A program made the translations under genes and the position numbers. Positions 10,228 through 19,286 of a stretch of 64,000 nt of DNA are shown here, in pieces. Below the pieces are notes generated by a model. It was not told where the DNA came from. It did no database searches and saw only the letters and a list, made by a program, of their open reading frames with translations. The number at the start of each line of letters is the position of its first letter. Positions within the stretch are counted from its first letter, which is position 1. Source of the DNA: Vulcanimicrobiota bacterium (GTDB taxonomy: Bacteria; Vulcanimicrobiota; Vulcanimicrobiia; Vulcanimicrobiales; Vulcanimicrobiaceae); contig CAVTCS010000003.1 of the NCBI GenBank assembly GCA_963733295.1, positions 544,001-608,000 of the forward strand. The letters are read 5' to 3'.

Positions 10228-11228
10228 TGAACCGTCGCACCTTTACCGCCGCCGCCGCGACCCTCGCGTCGATCGGAATCCTCCGTTTCCCGGCCGGTGC
10301 CGCGGAGTTCACCTACAAGTTCGGCAACGATAATCCCGAGACGCACCCGGTCAACGTCCGGATGAAAGACGCCGCCGCCAAGATCAAAGAAGAGACGGGA
10401 GGCCGTTTCGAGCTGCAGCTCTTCCCGAACAATCAGCTGGGTGGAGATACCGCGATGCTGACCCAGCTCCGCTCGGGCGCCGTCCAATTCCTCACCTTCC
10501 CCGACACGATCTTGGCCTCGATCGTGCCGGTCGCGGCGATCAACGGAATGGGCTTCATCTTCGAGAGCTACAACCACGTGTGGCAGGCGATGGACGGGCA
10601 GCTCGGTGCGTACGTGCGCTCCCAGATCGAAGCCGCCAGCCTCTACGCTTTCGAGAAAGAGTGGAATAACGGCTTTCGCCAGATCACTTCGAGCACGCAC
10701 CCGATCGACAAAGTCGCCGACCTCGATGGCTTCAAGATCCGCGTCCCGGTCAGCCCGCTCGTGCTTTCGCTGTTCAAATCGCTCGGAGCGTCCCCCACGC
10801 CGATCAATTTCAGCGAAGTCTACACCTCGCTGCAAACCCACGTCGTCGACGGTCAAGAGAATCCGGTCGCGCTGATCGAGACGGCTCACCTGTACGAGGT
10901 ACAGAAGTATTTGTCGCTCACGAACCACATGTGGAACGGCTACTGGTTCCTCGCGAACACGGACGCGTGGAACAAACTGCCCAAACAAATTCGTGACGTC
11001 GTCGAGAAGAACGTGAACGCGGCCGCCGTGCTGGAACGCTCCGACCTTGAGAACTCGAATGCGGCCGAAGTAAAAACGCTCGCGACGAAAGGTTTGGCGA
11101 TCAACACGCCGGATCGCGCGCCCTTCAAGAAACGCCTGGTCGATTCCGGATTTTACAAGCAGTGGCACCAAACGTATGGCGATAAAGCCTGGGCCGCGCT
11201 CGAGAAGTACACCGGTCCGCTGGGCTAG
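10224..11228 (+). CDS. dctP: TRAP transporter substrate-binding protein (DctP family), paralogue of 19-1029
   Basis: Tat signal NRRTF; FPNNQLGGD, VVDGQENP; ATGA overlap with the CoA-transferase stop. Confidence 0.9.
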   Translation: MMNRRTFTAAAATLASIGILRFPAGAAEFTYKFGNDNPETHPVNVRMKDAAAKIKEETGGRFELQLFPNNQLGGDTAMLTQLRSGAVQFLTFPDTILASIVPVAAINGMGFIFESYNHVWQAMDGQLGAYVRSQIEAASLYAFEKEWNNGFRQITSSTHPIDKVADLDGFKIRVPVSPLVLSLFKSLGASPTPINFSEVYTSLQTHVVDGQENPVALIETAHLYEVQKYLSLTNHMWNGYWFLANTDAWNKLPKQIRDVVEKNVNAAAVLERSDLENSNAAEVKTLATKGLAINTPDRAPFKKRLVDSGFYKQWHQTYGDKAWAALEKYTGPLG

Positions 11229-11246
11229 CGACCACCTCGGGATGGG

Positions 11247-12119
11247 TTGAGCGACTCGCAGCAATCCTTCGAGTTCGTTCACGCGACCGAACCGGAGGCG
11301 CGCGTGGAATCGATCCCGTTCGGCGACGGCTCGATCGCGGTCGGGACGTGCGGGTACTCGTATAAGGATTGGGTCGGGCGCTTCTACCCTCGAAGCATCA
11401 AGTCGAACGGAATGCTGCCGTACTATGCCGAGCATTTCCCCGCCGTCGAGATCGACGCGTCGTACTATCGCGTGCCCACCGAGGCGGCGTTCGCCTCGAT
11501 GGAGGCGCGGACGCCTTCGGGCTTCCGGTTCGCGGCGAAACTGCCGGGTTCGGTGACGCACCTTCCGGCGGATGAGGTGCACCGCGTGCCGGACGACGCG
11601 CGGCTGTTCCGCGAGAACATCGCTCCCTTGATCCGCAGCGGAAAGCTCGGTGCCGTCCTGATGCAATTCCCGCATTCGTTCGCTGCGACGTCGCGTGCCG
11701 AAAACTATTTGAAGAGCCTACGCGAGGAGCTTGCCGGCCTTTCGCTCGTGGCGGAGTTTCGCAACCGGGAATGGCAGCGCCACGCGACGCTGGAACTGCT
11801 CGCCGAACTCGACATCGCTTGGTGCAACGTCGACGAACCGCAATTCGACAAGTTGCTGCGACCGTCGAGCGATGTGGTCGGACCGCTCGCGTACGTGCGC
11901 TTTCACGGACGCAACTACCAGAACTGGTGGCGAGGGACGGCCGAAACGCGCTACGACTACGACTACACTGAAGAAGAGCTCGCTCCGTGGACGGAGCGCG
12001 TCGCCGAAATGGCAGCGCAAACGAAACAAACCTACGTGTTCTTCAACAACCACCGCTTGGGTCAAGCCGCCAAAAACGCCGGCACCTTCGCCCGCATGTT
12101 GCTGGCCGGGTTACGGTAG
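11247..12119 (+). CDS. DUF72 domain protein
   Basis: VGTCGYSY..W, VEIDASYY, QFP, YVRFHG, YVFFNN. Confidence 0.9.
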   Translation: MSDSQQSFEFVHATEPEARVESIPFGDGSIAVGTCGYSYKDWVGRFYPRSIKSNGMLPYYAEHFPAVEIDASYYRVPTEAAFASMEARTPSGFRFAAKLPGSVTHLPADEVHRVPDDARLFRENIAPLIRSGKLGAVLMQFPHSFAATSRAENYLKSLREELAGLSLVAEFRNREWQRHATLELLAELDIAWCNVDEPQFDKLLRPSSDVVGPLAYVRFHGRNYQNWWRGTAETRYDYDYTEEELAPWTERVAEMAAQTKQTYVFFNNHRLGQAAKNAGTFARMLLAGLR

Positions 12120-12623
12120 CGGCTGCGACGACGTGGACTTTGGAATGAGGCTGTTCTGGACGACCGAGAGTTTCCAGCCGCTGGGGAGCTGGACCCAGAC
12201 TTGCGTGAAGCGATAGTGAACGGGTTCCATATTGCTGGCGGGCACGCCCTGAATGTGGCTGAGGACGTCGAGAGCACCGGCGAGTATGACGATTTTGCCG
12301 AACGCGCGCGCCTGGACGTTGCTGCGCTGGAACGTGTCGAACGTGACCTGCTTCGACGCGAGTTGCTGCGCCATCGGCAGGTAGTCGTCGAGAAACTGCT
12401 TCTTGTTTTCAACGCGCCCGCCGACGCCGGTTGAAATCAAGTCGTCGGCGAGAAATCCCGTGACCGCGTCCCCGTCGCCGGCGCGGAAGGCTTTGTCGAA
12501 GGCTGCGGATGCGGCCAAGAGTGCGGGCGGCGCCTGATCGAGCGCCGCTTGCGCTGAGCCGGTGCCGCGCGTTCCGGCGAGCAGCGCGACCGTCAAGAGT
12601 GCGACGGTAAGTCCGAGCTTCAT
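12111..12623 (-). CDS. Secreted NTF2-like (DUF4440) protein
   Basis: Signal peptide; C-terminal RFTQVWV..GWKL; ATGA overlap with the upstream gene. Confidence 0.7.
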   Translation of the reverse strand: MKLGLTVALLTVALLAGTRGTGSAQAALDQAPPALLAASAAFDKAFRAGDGDAVTGFLADDLISTGVGGRVENKKQFLDDYLPMAQQLASKQVTFDTFQRSNVQARAFGKIVILAGALDVLSHIQGVPASNMEPVHYRFTQVWVQLPSGWKLSVVQNSLIPKSTSSQPLP

Positions 12624-13777
12624 GCGATCTCCCCGCGAATTTCGTCGAGAGCTGTGAAGAAGGCGTCGATTTCCGCGTCGCTCGTGTAGAAGTGTGGCCC
12701 GACGCGGATGCCGCAACCGGGGCGATAGTCGACGAAGATGCGGCGCTCGATGAGCCGCGCGGTCGCACGGTCCGCCCCGGGGAAGTCGATGCCGATCCAG
12801 CCGGTCCGTTTCTCGGGATCGAGCGGTGTCGGAACCTTCAACCCGCGCTCGAGCGCAGCTTCCGCGAGACGCGTCGTCAAGCGCACGTTGTGGGCGCGAA
12901 TGCTCGGAACGCCGGCAGCCAAGATCGCGTCGTGTCCGGCGCGCGCCGCGAGGTAACCCGGAATGGTCGGCGTGCCGCTATTCCACCGATGCTGACCCAG
13001 GGTGAGCCGGATCGGCGCCGGCTCGAAAGCGAAGGGCGCGTCGTGCGCCATCCAGCCCGTGATCGCCGGCGCGAGTCGCTCGCGCAATTCGGGCTTGATA
13101 TAGATGAAGCCGCAGCCGGGTCCGCCGCACAGCCACTTGTGACTGCCGCCGACCACGACGTCGACGTCCAGAGCGCGCGCGTCGTAGGGGTAGATGCCGG
13201 TCGTTTGATACGCGTCGAGCACGAACAGAGCGCCGGTATCGCGGCAGCGGGCCACGATCGCCGGTACGTCGATGAGGGCGCCGGAGACGTAGGCCGCATG
13301 CGAGAGCGCGACGACGGCGGTGCGTTCGGTAATCGCCGAACAGAGGCGGTCCGTCGACATGGTGCGGCCGTCCTCCGAGGGAACGCAAACCGCCCGCGCA
13401 CCGAATCGCTCCCACGCCTTCCAAACGTAGGTCACGGACGGAAACATCAGCTCTTCGAAGACGACCTCGTTCCGCTCGCCGCGGAAGTCGATCGTCGACG
13501 CGATGGCCGCCTCCAGCAACGACACGTTGGGTCCGAGCGAAACGCTTCCCGCGGGAGCACCGAAGATCGACCCGAGGTTGTCGGCGAGCGCCGCGATCTC
13601 GGGCAGCCAGGCTTCCCACGCCTCGGGGCCCTCACGAGCCCAGGCCTCCCAATAGGTCCCGAGCGCGTCTTTTGCTCCAAGCGGCGCAGCGCCCATGGAA
13701 TGCGACACGAGGTATGTCGCGCTCTCGAGCGTGGGGAATCGTTCGCGAAAGCGCGGCCGGGTCGTGGTTTCGAGCAT
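12620..13777 (-). CDS. PLP-dependent class V aminotransferase, kynureninase-like
   Basis: HSMG, FPS, DAYQ, GGSHKWLCGGPG, GWMAH, VDYRP. Confidence 0.8.
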   Translation of the reverse strand: MLETTTRPRFRERFPTLESATYLVSHSMGAAPLGAKDALGTYWEAWAREGPEAWEAWLPEIAALADNLGSIFGAPAGSVSLGPNVSLLEAAIASTIDFRGERNEVVFEELMFPSVTYVWKAWERFGARAVCVPSEDGRTMSTDRLCSAITERTAVVALSHAAYVSGALIDVPAIVARCRDTGALFVLDAYQTTGIYPYDARALDVDVVVGGSHKWLCGGPGCGFIYIKPELRERLAPAITGWMAHDAPFAFEPAPIRLTLGQHRWNSGTPTIPGYLAARAGHDAILAAGVPSIRAHNVRLTTRLAEAALERGLKVPTPLDPEKRTGWIGIDFPGADRATARLIERRIFVDYRPGCGIRVGPHFYTSDAEIDAFFTALDEIRGEIA

Positions 13778-13851
13778 GGGCGGCCCCTTCGCCGGTTTGC
13801 CGGTCACCGCCCGCGGGATGGTTTTCCACAGCGCGCGAGCTATAGTTTCAT

Positions 13852-14865
13852 ATGGTGAACAGACGGCGAGTCGACGCCCGCGTCGAGTTAGAGTTTCTGC
13901 GAGCCACCGAGGCGGCGGCGATCGTCTCCGGCAAGCTCGTCGGGCGGGGCGACAAGAACGGCGTCGACCAAGCGGCTGTCGATGCGATGCGCGGCGTGCT
14001 CGGCGAGGTGGACATCGACGGCGTCGTCGTCATCGGCGAGGGCGAGAAGGACGAAGCGCCGATGCTCTACATCGGCGAGCCCGTGGGAACCGGCGACGGG
14101 CCGGCCATGGACGTCGCGGTCGATCCGATCGACGGTACGACGCTCGCCTCAAAAGGCGGTCACGGCGCGATCTCGGTTCTGGCGGCGGCCGAGCGCGGAT
14201 CGCTCTTTCACACGCACATCGCGTACATGGACAAGATCATTGTCGGGAAAGCCGGCCGGGGCGTTATCTCGATCGAGGCGTCGGTTGCGGAGAACGTGCG
14301 CGCGCTTGCGAAGGCGATGGACCGGCCGGTCACCGAGATCACCGTTGCCCTGCTCGAGCGTCCGAGGAACGATCAGAAGGTTGCGGAGTTGCGCGAGATC
14401 GGAGCCCGCGTGCGTCTTTTCGGCGACGGCGACGTGGCGAACGGATTGATCGCCGCCCTCGAGGATCGTCATCGCATCGACATGCTGATGGGCATCGGCG
14501 GCGCGACCGAAGGCGTCGTAACCGCCTGCGCCGTCAAGAGCTTGGGCGGGGACATGCAAGGCCGCTTATGGCTGCGCGAGGGTGAGGAGGCGATCGCCGA
14601 GCGAGAAGGCATCGATCCTAGCAAGGTGCTGTTCCTGGACGATCTGTGTAAATCCGATCTGTCGATCCTCGCAGCAACCGGCGTTACGGACGGCGAACTT
14701 CTTGAGGGCGTAACGTACGTTCGCGGTAGCGCGTACACCCAATCGATTATCATCTCGTCGTTCACGCATACGATGCGCATGGTCGAAGGAAAACACGACC
14801 TCGAATATTTCTCCAACTTGATCGCCGTCAACGGCGTCTCGACTCTCCTCAAGGAGCACGTATGA
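13852..14865 (+). CDS. glpX: Class II fructose-1,6-bisphosphatase
   Basis: VIGEGEKDEAPML, DVAVDPIDGT, YMDK, GDGDV, ATGVTDG. Confidence 0.95.
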   Translation: MVNRRRVDARVELEFLRATEAAAIVSGKLVGRGDKNGVDQAAVDAMRGVLGEVDIDGVVVIGEGEKDEAPMLYIGEPVGTGDGPAMDVAVDPIDGTTLASKGGHGAISVLAAAERGSLFHTHIAYMDKIIVGKAGRGVISIEASVAENVRALAKAMDRPVTEITVALLERPRNDQKVAELREIGARVRLFGDGDVANGLIAALEDRHRIDMLMGIGGATEGVVTACAVKSLGGDMQGRLWLREGEEAIAEREGIDPSKVLFLDDLCKSDLSILAATGVTDGELLEGVTYVRGSAYTQSIIISSFTHTMRMVEGKHDLEYFSNLIAVNGVSTLLKEHV

Positions 14866-15917
14866 GCAGCCACCTCGCAGCAGTCGCGAAAGCGATGGTC
14901 GCACCCGGCAAAGGGATCCTGGCCGCGGACGAGAGCACGCCAACCGCCAACAAGCGTTTCGCGGCGCTCAACATTCCCGAGACCGAAGAGATGCGGCGGT
15001 CGTACCGCGAGATGCTCTTCAGCGCTCCGCACTTCGGCGAGTACTTTAGCGGCGTCATCCTTTACGACGAGACGATCCACCAAAACGATTCGCAGGGTAA
15101 ACCCTTCGTCGCGGTCCTCAAAGACGACGGTTCGCTGCCCGGCATCAAGCTCGACACCGGCGCTCACCCGCTCGCTCTCGGCGGCCCCGACGAGAAGATT
15201 ACCGAAGGGCTCGATGGTCTCGCCGCACGCGTTGAGGAGTACGTCAAGATCGGAGCCGCGTTCGCGAAGTGGCGCGCCGTCATCCAAATCGATGCGGGAA
15301 TCCCGACGTACCGGTGCATCGAAGCGAATGCGAACGCGCTGGCGCGCTATGCGGCAATCTGCCAAGTCGGCGGACTCGTTCCGATCGTCGAGCCGGAGGT
15401 TCTCATGGACGGCGTGCACTCGAAGCACACGCTCGAGCGCAGCTTCGAAGTCCACGAACGCGTGCTGCCGATCGTCTTCGAGCAGCTCGCGATCGCCGGC
15501 GTCAAATTCGAAGAGATGGTCCTCAAACCGAGCATGGTCATCCCCGGTCAAACGTCGGGCCAAAAAGCCTCGGTGCGTGAAGTCGCCGACGCGACGCTCA
15601 CGGTCCTCATGCGTTGGGTGCCGCCGGCCGTCGGCGGGATAGCCTTCCTCTCGGGAGGCCAGAGCGACGAGGACGCGACCGCTCACCTCAACGAGATCAA
15701 CGTCCTCGCTCGCGAGCGCCGCGCGCCGTGGAACCTGACCTTCTCGTACGGCCGCGCGCTTCAGCAGCCCGCCCTTCACATCTGGCTGGGCGACCGCGCC
15801 AATAACGCGAAGGCGCAAGCCGCGATGATGCGCCGCGCCAAGCTCGTGAGCCTAGCCTCGCTCGGCAAATATACCCCTAGTATGGAGGCCGAAGGGGAAC
15901 TCGCTTTGAGTCGCTAG
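14862..15917 (+). CDS. Class I fructose-bisphosphate aldolase (glycolytic family)
   Basis: GKGILAADES, FAKWRAV, VPIVEPEV, Schiff-base LKPSM, FLSGGQ, TFSYGRALQ. Confidence 0.95.
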   Translation: MSSHLAAVAKAMVAPGKGILAADESTPTANKRFAALNIPETEEMRRSYREMLFSAPHFGEYFSGVILYDETIHQNDSQGKPFVAVLKDDGSLPGIKLDTGAHPLALGGPDEKITEGLDGLAARVEEYVKIGAAFAKWRAVIQIDAGIPTYRCIEANANALARYAAICQVGGLVPIVEPEVLMDGVHSKHTLERSFEVHERVLPIVFEQLAIAGVKFEEMVLKPSMVIPGQTSGQKASVREVADATLTVLMRWVPPAVGGIAFLSGGQSDEDATAHLNEINVLARERRAPWNLTFSYGRALQQPALHIWLGDRANNAKAQAAMMRRAKLVSLASLGKYTPSMEAEGELALSR

Positions 15918-15962
15918 ACCCTGCGGAAAACCTCTCGCGATGCCGATGTTCAAGGAGGACAG

Positions 15963-16232
15963 GTGTCGCCCAGAGGGATCAACATGGTAGGCGTTCTCGT
16001 CATTGTCGTTGGGGTCGTCCTGACGGCTGTAGGAATAACCCTCGGAAGCTTCAAGCCGCTTCCGGGCTATCCGTCGCCCGTTCCGGTCTGGCTCGGCTGG
16101 TCAGCCGCCCTGCTGGGGTTCCTCGTGGTCCTCGGCGGCGTCGTCAAATCGGCTCAAGAGGCCAAGGCAGTGATCGAGGGCCGGCGGACCCAAGCTCGGG
16201 CCCTGCGCCGGCAGCGCCGGGAGGCGCCCTAA
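15963..16232 (+). CDS. Small two-TM hypothetical membrane protein
   Basis: AGGAGG RBS; two hydrophobic helices and a basic tail. Confidence 0.6.
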   Translation: MSPRGINMVGVLVIVVGVVLTAVGITLGSFKPLPGYPSPVPVWLGWSAALLGFLVVLGGVVKSAQEAKAVIEGRRTQARALRRQRREAP

Positions 16233-16432
16233 GGCCGCCGTCCGCCTGGTGCGGCGGTGCGCCCGGTTTCCACGCGCGCCAGCTGCAGCGAGACATAGCT
16301 CATGTCGACCGCCACGAAGAGCAGGGCGATCACCCAACCGTAAGCGACCGGTAGATCGAGGCCGCCAAAAAGATACGGGACGGCCCAGATGGCGAGAAGC
16401 GCTGCGACGAGGCCGTTGACGACGAACTTCAC
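16229..16432 (-). CDS. Small two-TM hypothetical membrane protein
   Basis: GAAGGAG upstream; two hydrophobic helices. Confidence 0.6.
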   Translation of the reverse strand: MKFVVNGLVAALLAIWAVPYLFGGLDLPVAYGWVIALLFVAVDMSYVSLQLARVETGRTAAPGGRRP

Positions 16433-16652
16433 GGAGCCGGGCTCCTTCGCTTGGCAGGTACGTAATCTACCACCCTATCGGTCGCTTGCCGCAATACTTT
16501 AGGCAGAAAAAGCAAGTGAGGCCAAGGCGGACCTAGCGCACATTCCGCCCTTCCAGCCCGCTTGACTGTGGAGAGCTCAGGTGCGCTCTGCCGATGACCC
16601 TGAAAGCAATGGAGCTCTACGCTCCGCCAGCACAAGGATGGGAAGTCGGCGC

Positions 16653-16919
16653 ATGAATCAATCTTGGATGAAACACCTTCAGCTCTTGAGCATCCGGCAC
16701 GCCGAAGCGTGTTTGGGCTACGATCGCGCAGTTGCCGCGGCGCTCCAGATGGGGCACGACGAGCACGGCGCGGCGGAGGACGGGAGCATCGCACTGCACA
16801 GCATCGCTCGTGCGAAGCGCCTCATGGAAGAGACTCACGACGAGTTGGTGAGCTTCGTCGACGGCGTTGCAAAGCAACAATTCGTCGACGTGCTCGGCGA
16901 TAACGAGGGGGTAGCTTAG
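16653..16919 (+). CDS. Hypothetical helical protein
   Basis: Protein-like composition; ATG at 16653. Confidence 0.5.
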   Translation: MNQSWMKHLQLLSIRHAEACLGYDRAVAAALQMGHDEHGAAEDGSIALHSIARAKRLMEETHDELVSFVDGVAKQQFVDVLGDNEGVA

Positions 16920-16921
16920 CC

Positions 16922-17056
16922 GTGCGCGTTATCTCGACGATCGCCTACGCTTCAGCCTTCGCCTACGCGGCCTGCGTGCTCTCAGTCGCCGTCGCGCAGG
17001 GTTCGACCACCGCAACTCACGCACATCACGCGAAAGCGATCAGCGCACCTCGCTGA
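16922..17056 (+). CDS. Putative 44-aa exported micropeptide (MRVISTIAYASAFAYAACVLSVAVA-QGSTTATHAHHAKAISAPR)
   Basis: Read by hand; GAGGGGG RBS, GTG 2 nt after the previous stop, signal-peptide-like AVA cleavage site. Confidence 0.45.
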   Translation: MRVISTIAYASAFAYAACVLSVAVAQGSTTATHAHHAKAISAPR

Positions 17057-18722
17057 GCCCATCCCGCCGCACGAAGAAGCGCATACCGTGCACCGTGCCG
17101 GCCAGCCGATAGTCGTGCCGTACGATTTCGGCTAGCTGCGGAAACATCTCGTAGCCGAACGCGTTGTTTCCGAAGCCGAACGACTCACTGCCCGCATCGA
17201 GAAATCCGAGCGGGCGGTTCTTTTTGAAATCGTCGATGTAGCGCGCCCGGAAATAGTCGAGATAAGGATTGTAGACGCGACTGACGTCGTATTGCGCGAT
17301 CGAATCGCGCGTGCCGAGCAGCGTGTAGGTGTCGACGTAGTATTTGGCGCGCCAACCCCAAATCGCGAGCCGGTCACCGGGCCGCAGATATTGCTTCATG
17401 AGGGCGTCGAGCGGGTCGTGCGCTCCGTAGTAGTAGTCGTAGACCACGCCGATGTAGGGGTAGCCCGGGCGCGCGAACGCCGACGTCGCGATGAGGCTCG
17501 CGAGCACGAACGTTCCGGCTATGAACGCGCGCTTGGTGCCCGTGCTCGAGCTCTCGGCAAAGGCGCTCCCCAAAAGAGCGAGCGCCACCGCGGCGGAAGC
17601 TGCCCCGGGGAGCACGGCAAAGAGAACGTAGTGGACGGATCCGTGTCGCGGCGAGTAGACCGTGTAGATCGCCGTGCCGAGCAGCACCAGCGCCGCGCCG
17701 AAGGCGTTGCGTTGCGCCGGCGCGATCCGCTTCCAGGCGATGCCGAGCGCAAGCGCGCCCAGAAGCGTCGTCACCAGCAGGACGTCGACGAGCGGCCCAA
17801 CCTCTTGCGTGGTCGTGAGAAACGTGAAGGGCATGTACTCGAAGAGAATGTAGGCGAGACCCATCTGAACGTACGAGATCCAGAAATCGCGCAGGCCGCC
17901 GGCCAGCGCAACGGTCCCGAGCGTAATGGCCGGGACGGCGAGAAGCCCTGCGAACAGTTCGCCGGCGCGTTCCGCTTTGCGCCACGCGGAAAGCTTCGGA
18001 GCTGCCAGAATGACGGTGAGGCTCACGAGCGCGAGTCCGGCCGACAGCGGCGCCGACTGCAGTTTCGCGAGCGGCATCGTTCCGCCGAGCAATCCGATCC
18101 CGAAAAACCACCAAGGGCCGAGGCCGTTCCGGACGGCTAGGCAGAGCAGCGCGACGGCTACGGAGCAAAGGAATATCGAAAGCCGTTCGCTCGAGTAGTG
18201 GACCAGTTCGTTTTGCGTCAACAGCGCGAACAAGAACAGTGGCGGAAGGACGGCAACTCGCGCCAAGGCGGCATCGAAAAGCGCGCGCGTCGCAACGTAG
18301 AGCGACGCGATCGCTCCGAACTCGAGCAGCATCGAGACGACTCGAGTTGAGAAAAAGCTCAGGCGCAGACCGAGCAGCGCCGGAAGATCCAAAACGTACG
18401 TATTAAACGGGCCGGAGGTGGTACCGTCGAAATCGACCCAGGGGATCGGGTGATGCAGTGCCGTGATCGCCTGGGCGAGCATCTGAGCTTCGTCTTGATT
18501 GAGCGCGTCGAACACGAAGAAGGTCGGCCAGCGCGAGCCTACGAGCGCTAGTAAGACGAGGCCGAGGTAAGCGAGGGTCGCGTTGCGCGTCCGGAACCAA
18601 GCGTCAAGTTGCGGGGAATACACGCTCCAGACGCCGAGAATCGCCACACCGAAGAGCAAGCTCAAACTGACCTGTTCGTAGTTCGCTTGACTTGAATCGG
18701 CCCAAAAGAGGAAGTCGGTCAT
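17040..18722 (-). CDS. Polytopic membrane protein, GT-C (PMT/ArnT-like) glycosyltransferase candidate
   Basis: Many TM helices; NQDE acidic motif in an early loop; soluble C-terminal domain. Confidence 0.6.
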   Translation of the reverse strand: MTDFLFWADSSQANYEQVSLSLLFGVAILGVWSVYSPQLDAWFRTRNATLAYLGLVLLALVGSRWPTFFVFDALNQDEAQMLAQAITALHHPIPWVDFDGTTSGPFNTYVLDLPALLGLRLSFFSTRVVSMLLEFGAIASLYVATRALFDAALARVAVLPPLFLFALLTQNELVHYSSERLSIFLCSVAVALLCLAVRNGLGPWWFFGIGLLGGTMPLAKLQSAPLSAGLALVSLTVILAAPKLSAWRKAERAGELFAGLLAVPAITLGTVALAGGLRDFWISYVQMGLAYILFEYMPFTFLTTTQEVGPLVDVLLVTTLLGALALGIAWKRIAPAQRNAFGAALVLLGTAIYTVYSPRHGSVHYVLFAVLPGAASAAVALALLGSAFAESSSTGTKRAFIAGTFVLASLIATSAFARPGYPYIGVVYDYYYGAHDPLDALMKQYLRPGDRLAIWGWRAKYYVDTYTLLGTRDSIAQYDVSRVYNPYLDYFRARYIDDFKKNRPLGFLDAGSESFGFGNNAFGYEMFPQLAEIVRHDYRLAGTVHGMRFFVRRDGLSEVR

Positions 18723-18788
18723 CGCCGCAAGGTGGCGCCTGCGCGCATTGCAGCCGCCTTCGCTGGCGACGCAGGCCGTCCATTCGAG

Positions 18789-18814
18789 CGGTTCTCACAA
18801 GTGACTGAGAACCG
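18789..18814. terminator. Perfect 9-bp inverted repeat downstream of the minus-strand microprotein pair
   Basis: CGGTTCTCA-caagtgac-TGAGAACCG; no U-tract. Confidence 0.4.
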
Positions 18815-18832
18815 GGTACAGCTCGAGTTGCG

Positions 18833-18946
18833 CTAGCTCTCGTCGGTTTTTTTCAAGAGATTGGCGAACAGCGCGCTGTCGACCAGAACGAGAATCCCCA
18901 CGATGACGGCTAGGGTGACGGCGACGAATCGAATCAAGCCCCACAT
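18833..18946 (-). CDS. 37-aa single-TM microprotein (MWGLIRFVAVTLAVIVGILVLVDSALFANLLKKTDES)
   Basis: Read by hand; one hydrophobic helix plus a charged tail; starts 18 nt after the poly-Asp ORF stop. Confidence 0.55.
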   Translation of the reverse strand: MWGLIRFVAVTLAVIVGILVLVDSALFANLLKKTDES

Positions 18947-18964
18947 TCTGCGCCTGTGCCCGGC

Positions 18965-19105
18965 CTAGTCTTGGACTTCGGGATCGACGTTGTCGGGTGA
19001 CTCATCGTCGTCGTCATCATCGTCGTCATCGTCGTCCGGGTCGAGGTCGGGATCGAGCGTGCGGGCGAGAAGCTCGCGAAAGTCTGGCTCGAGCGTGGTC
19101 GTCAT
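18965..19105 (-). CDS. 46-aa poly-Asp acidic microprotein
   Basis: AGGAG RBS; MTTTLEPDFRELLARTLDPDLDP-D11-ESPDNVDPEVQD; the Asp run uses mixed GAC/GAT codons. Confidence 0.65.
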   Translation of the reverse strand: MTTTLEPDFRELLARTLDPDLDPDDDDDDDDDDDESPDNVDPEVQD

Positions 19106-19286
19106 GCGGTCTCCTGCGGCGGCCGCCGCTGCCTGAAGGTCTTTGATGTTTACCCACGCGAGGGAATCCTATCGATGTTTTTCGCCAAGGCCGCGGCAGC
19201 GCCGCCGGCGGGCAAGGACCTCCTCGTGTGACGGGTCCGGCGAAGGGAACCTTTCGCCTGAAAAAGGACGTAGCGTACTTGTGCGT

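Noticed and set aside
16562..16620. Riboswitch or hammerhead in the leader of the 16653 ORF (AGAGCTC/GAGCTCT stem, CCGATGA..GAAA)
   Set aside because: Lacks the CUGANGA core and does not match riboswitch consensus sequences I can recognise; would need cmscan.
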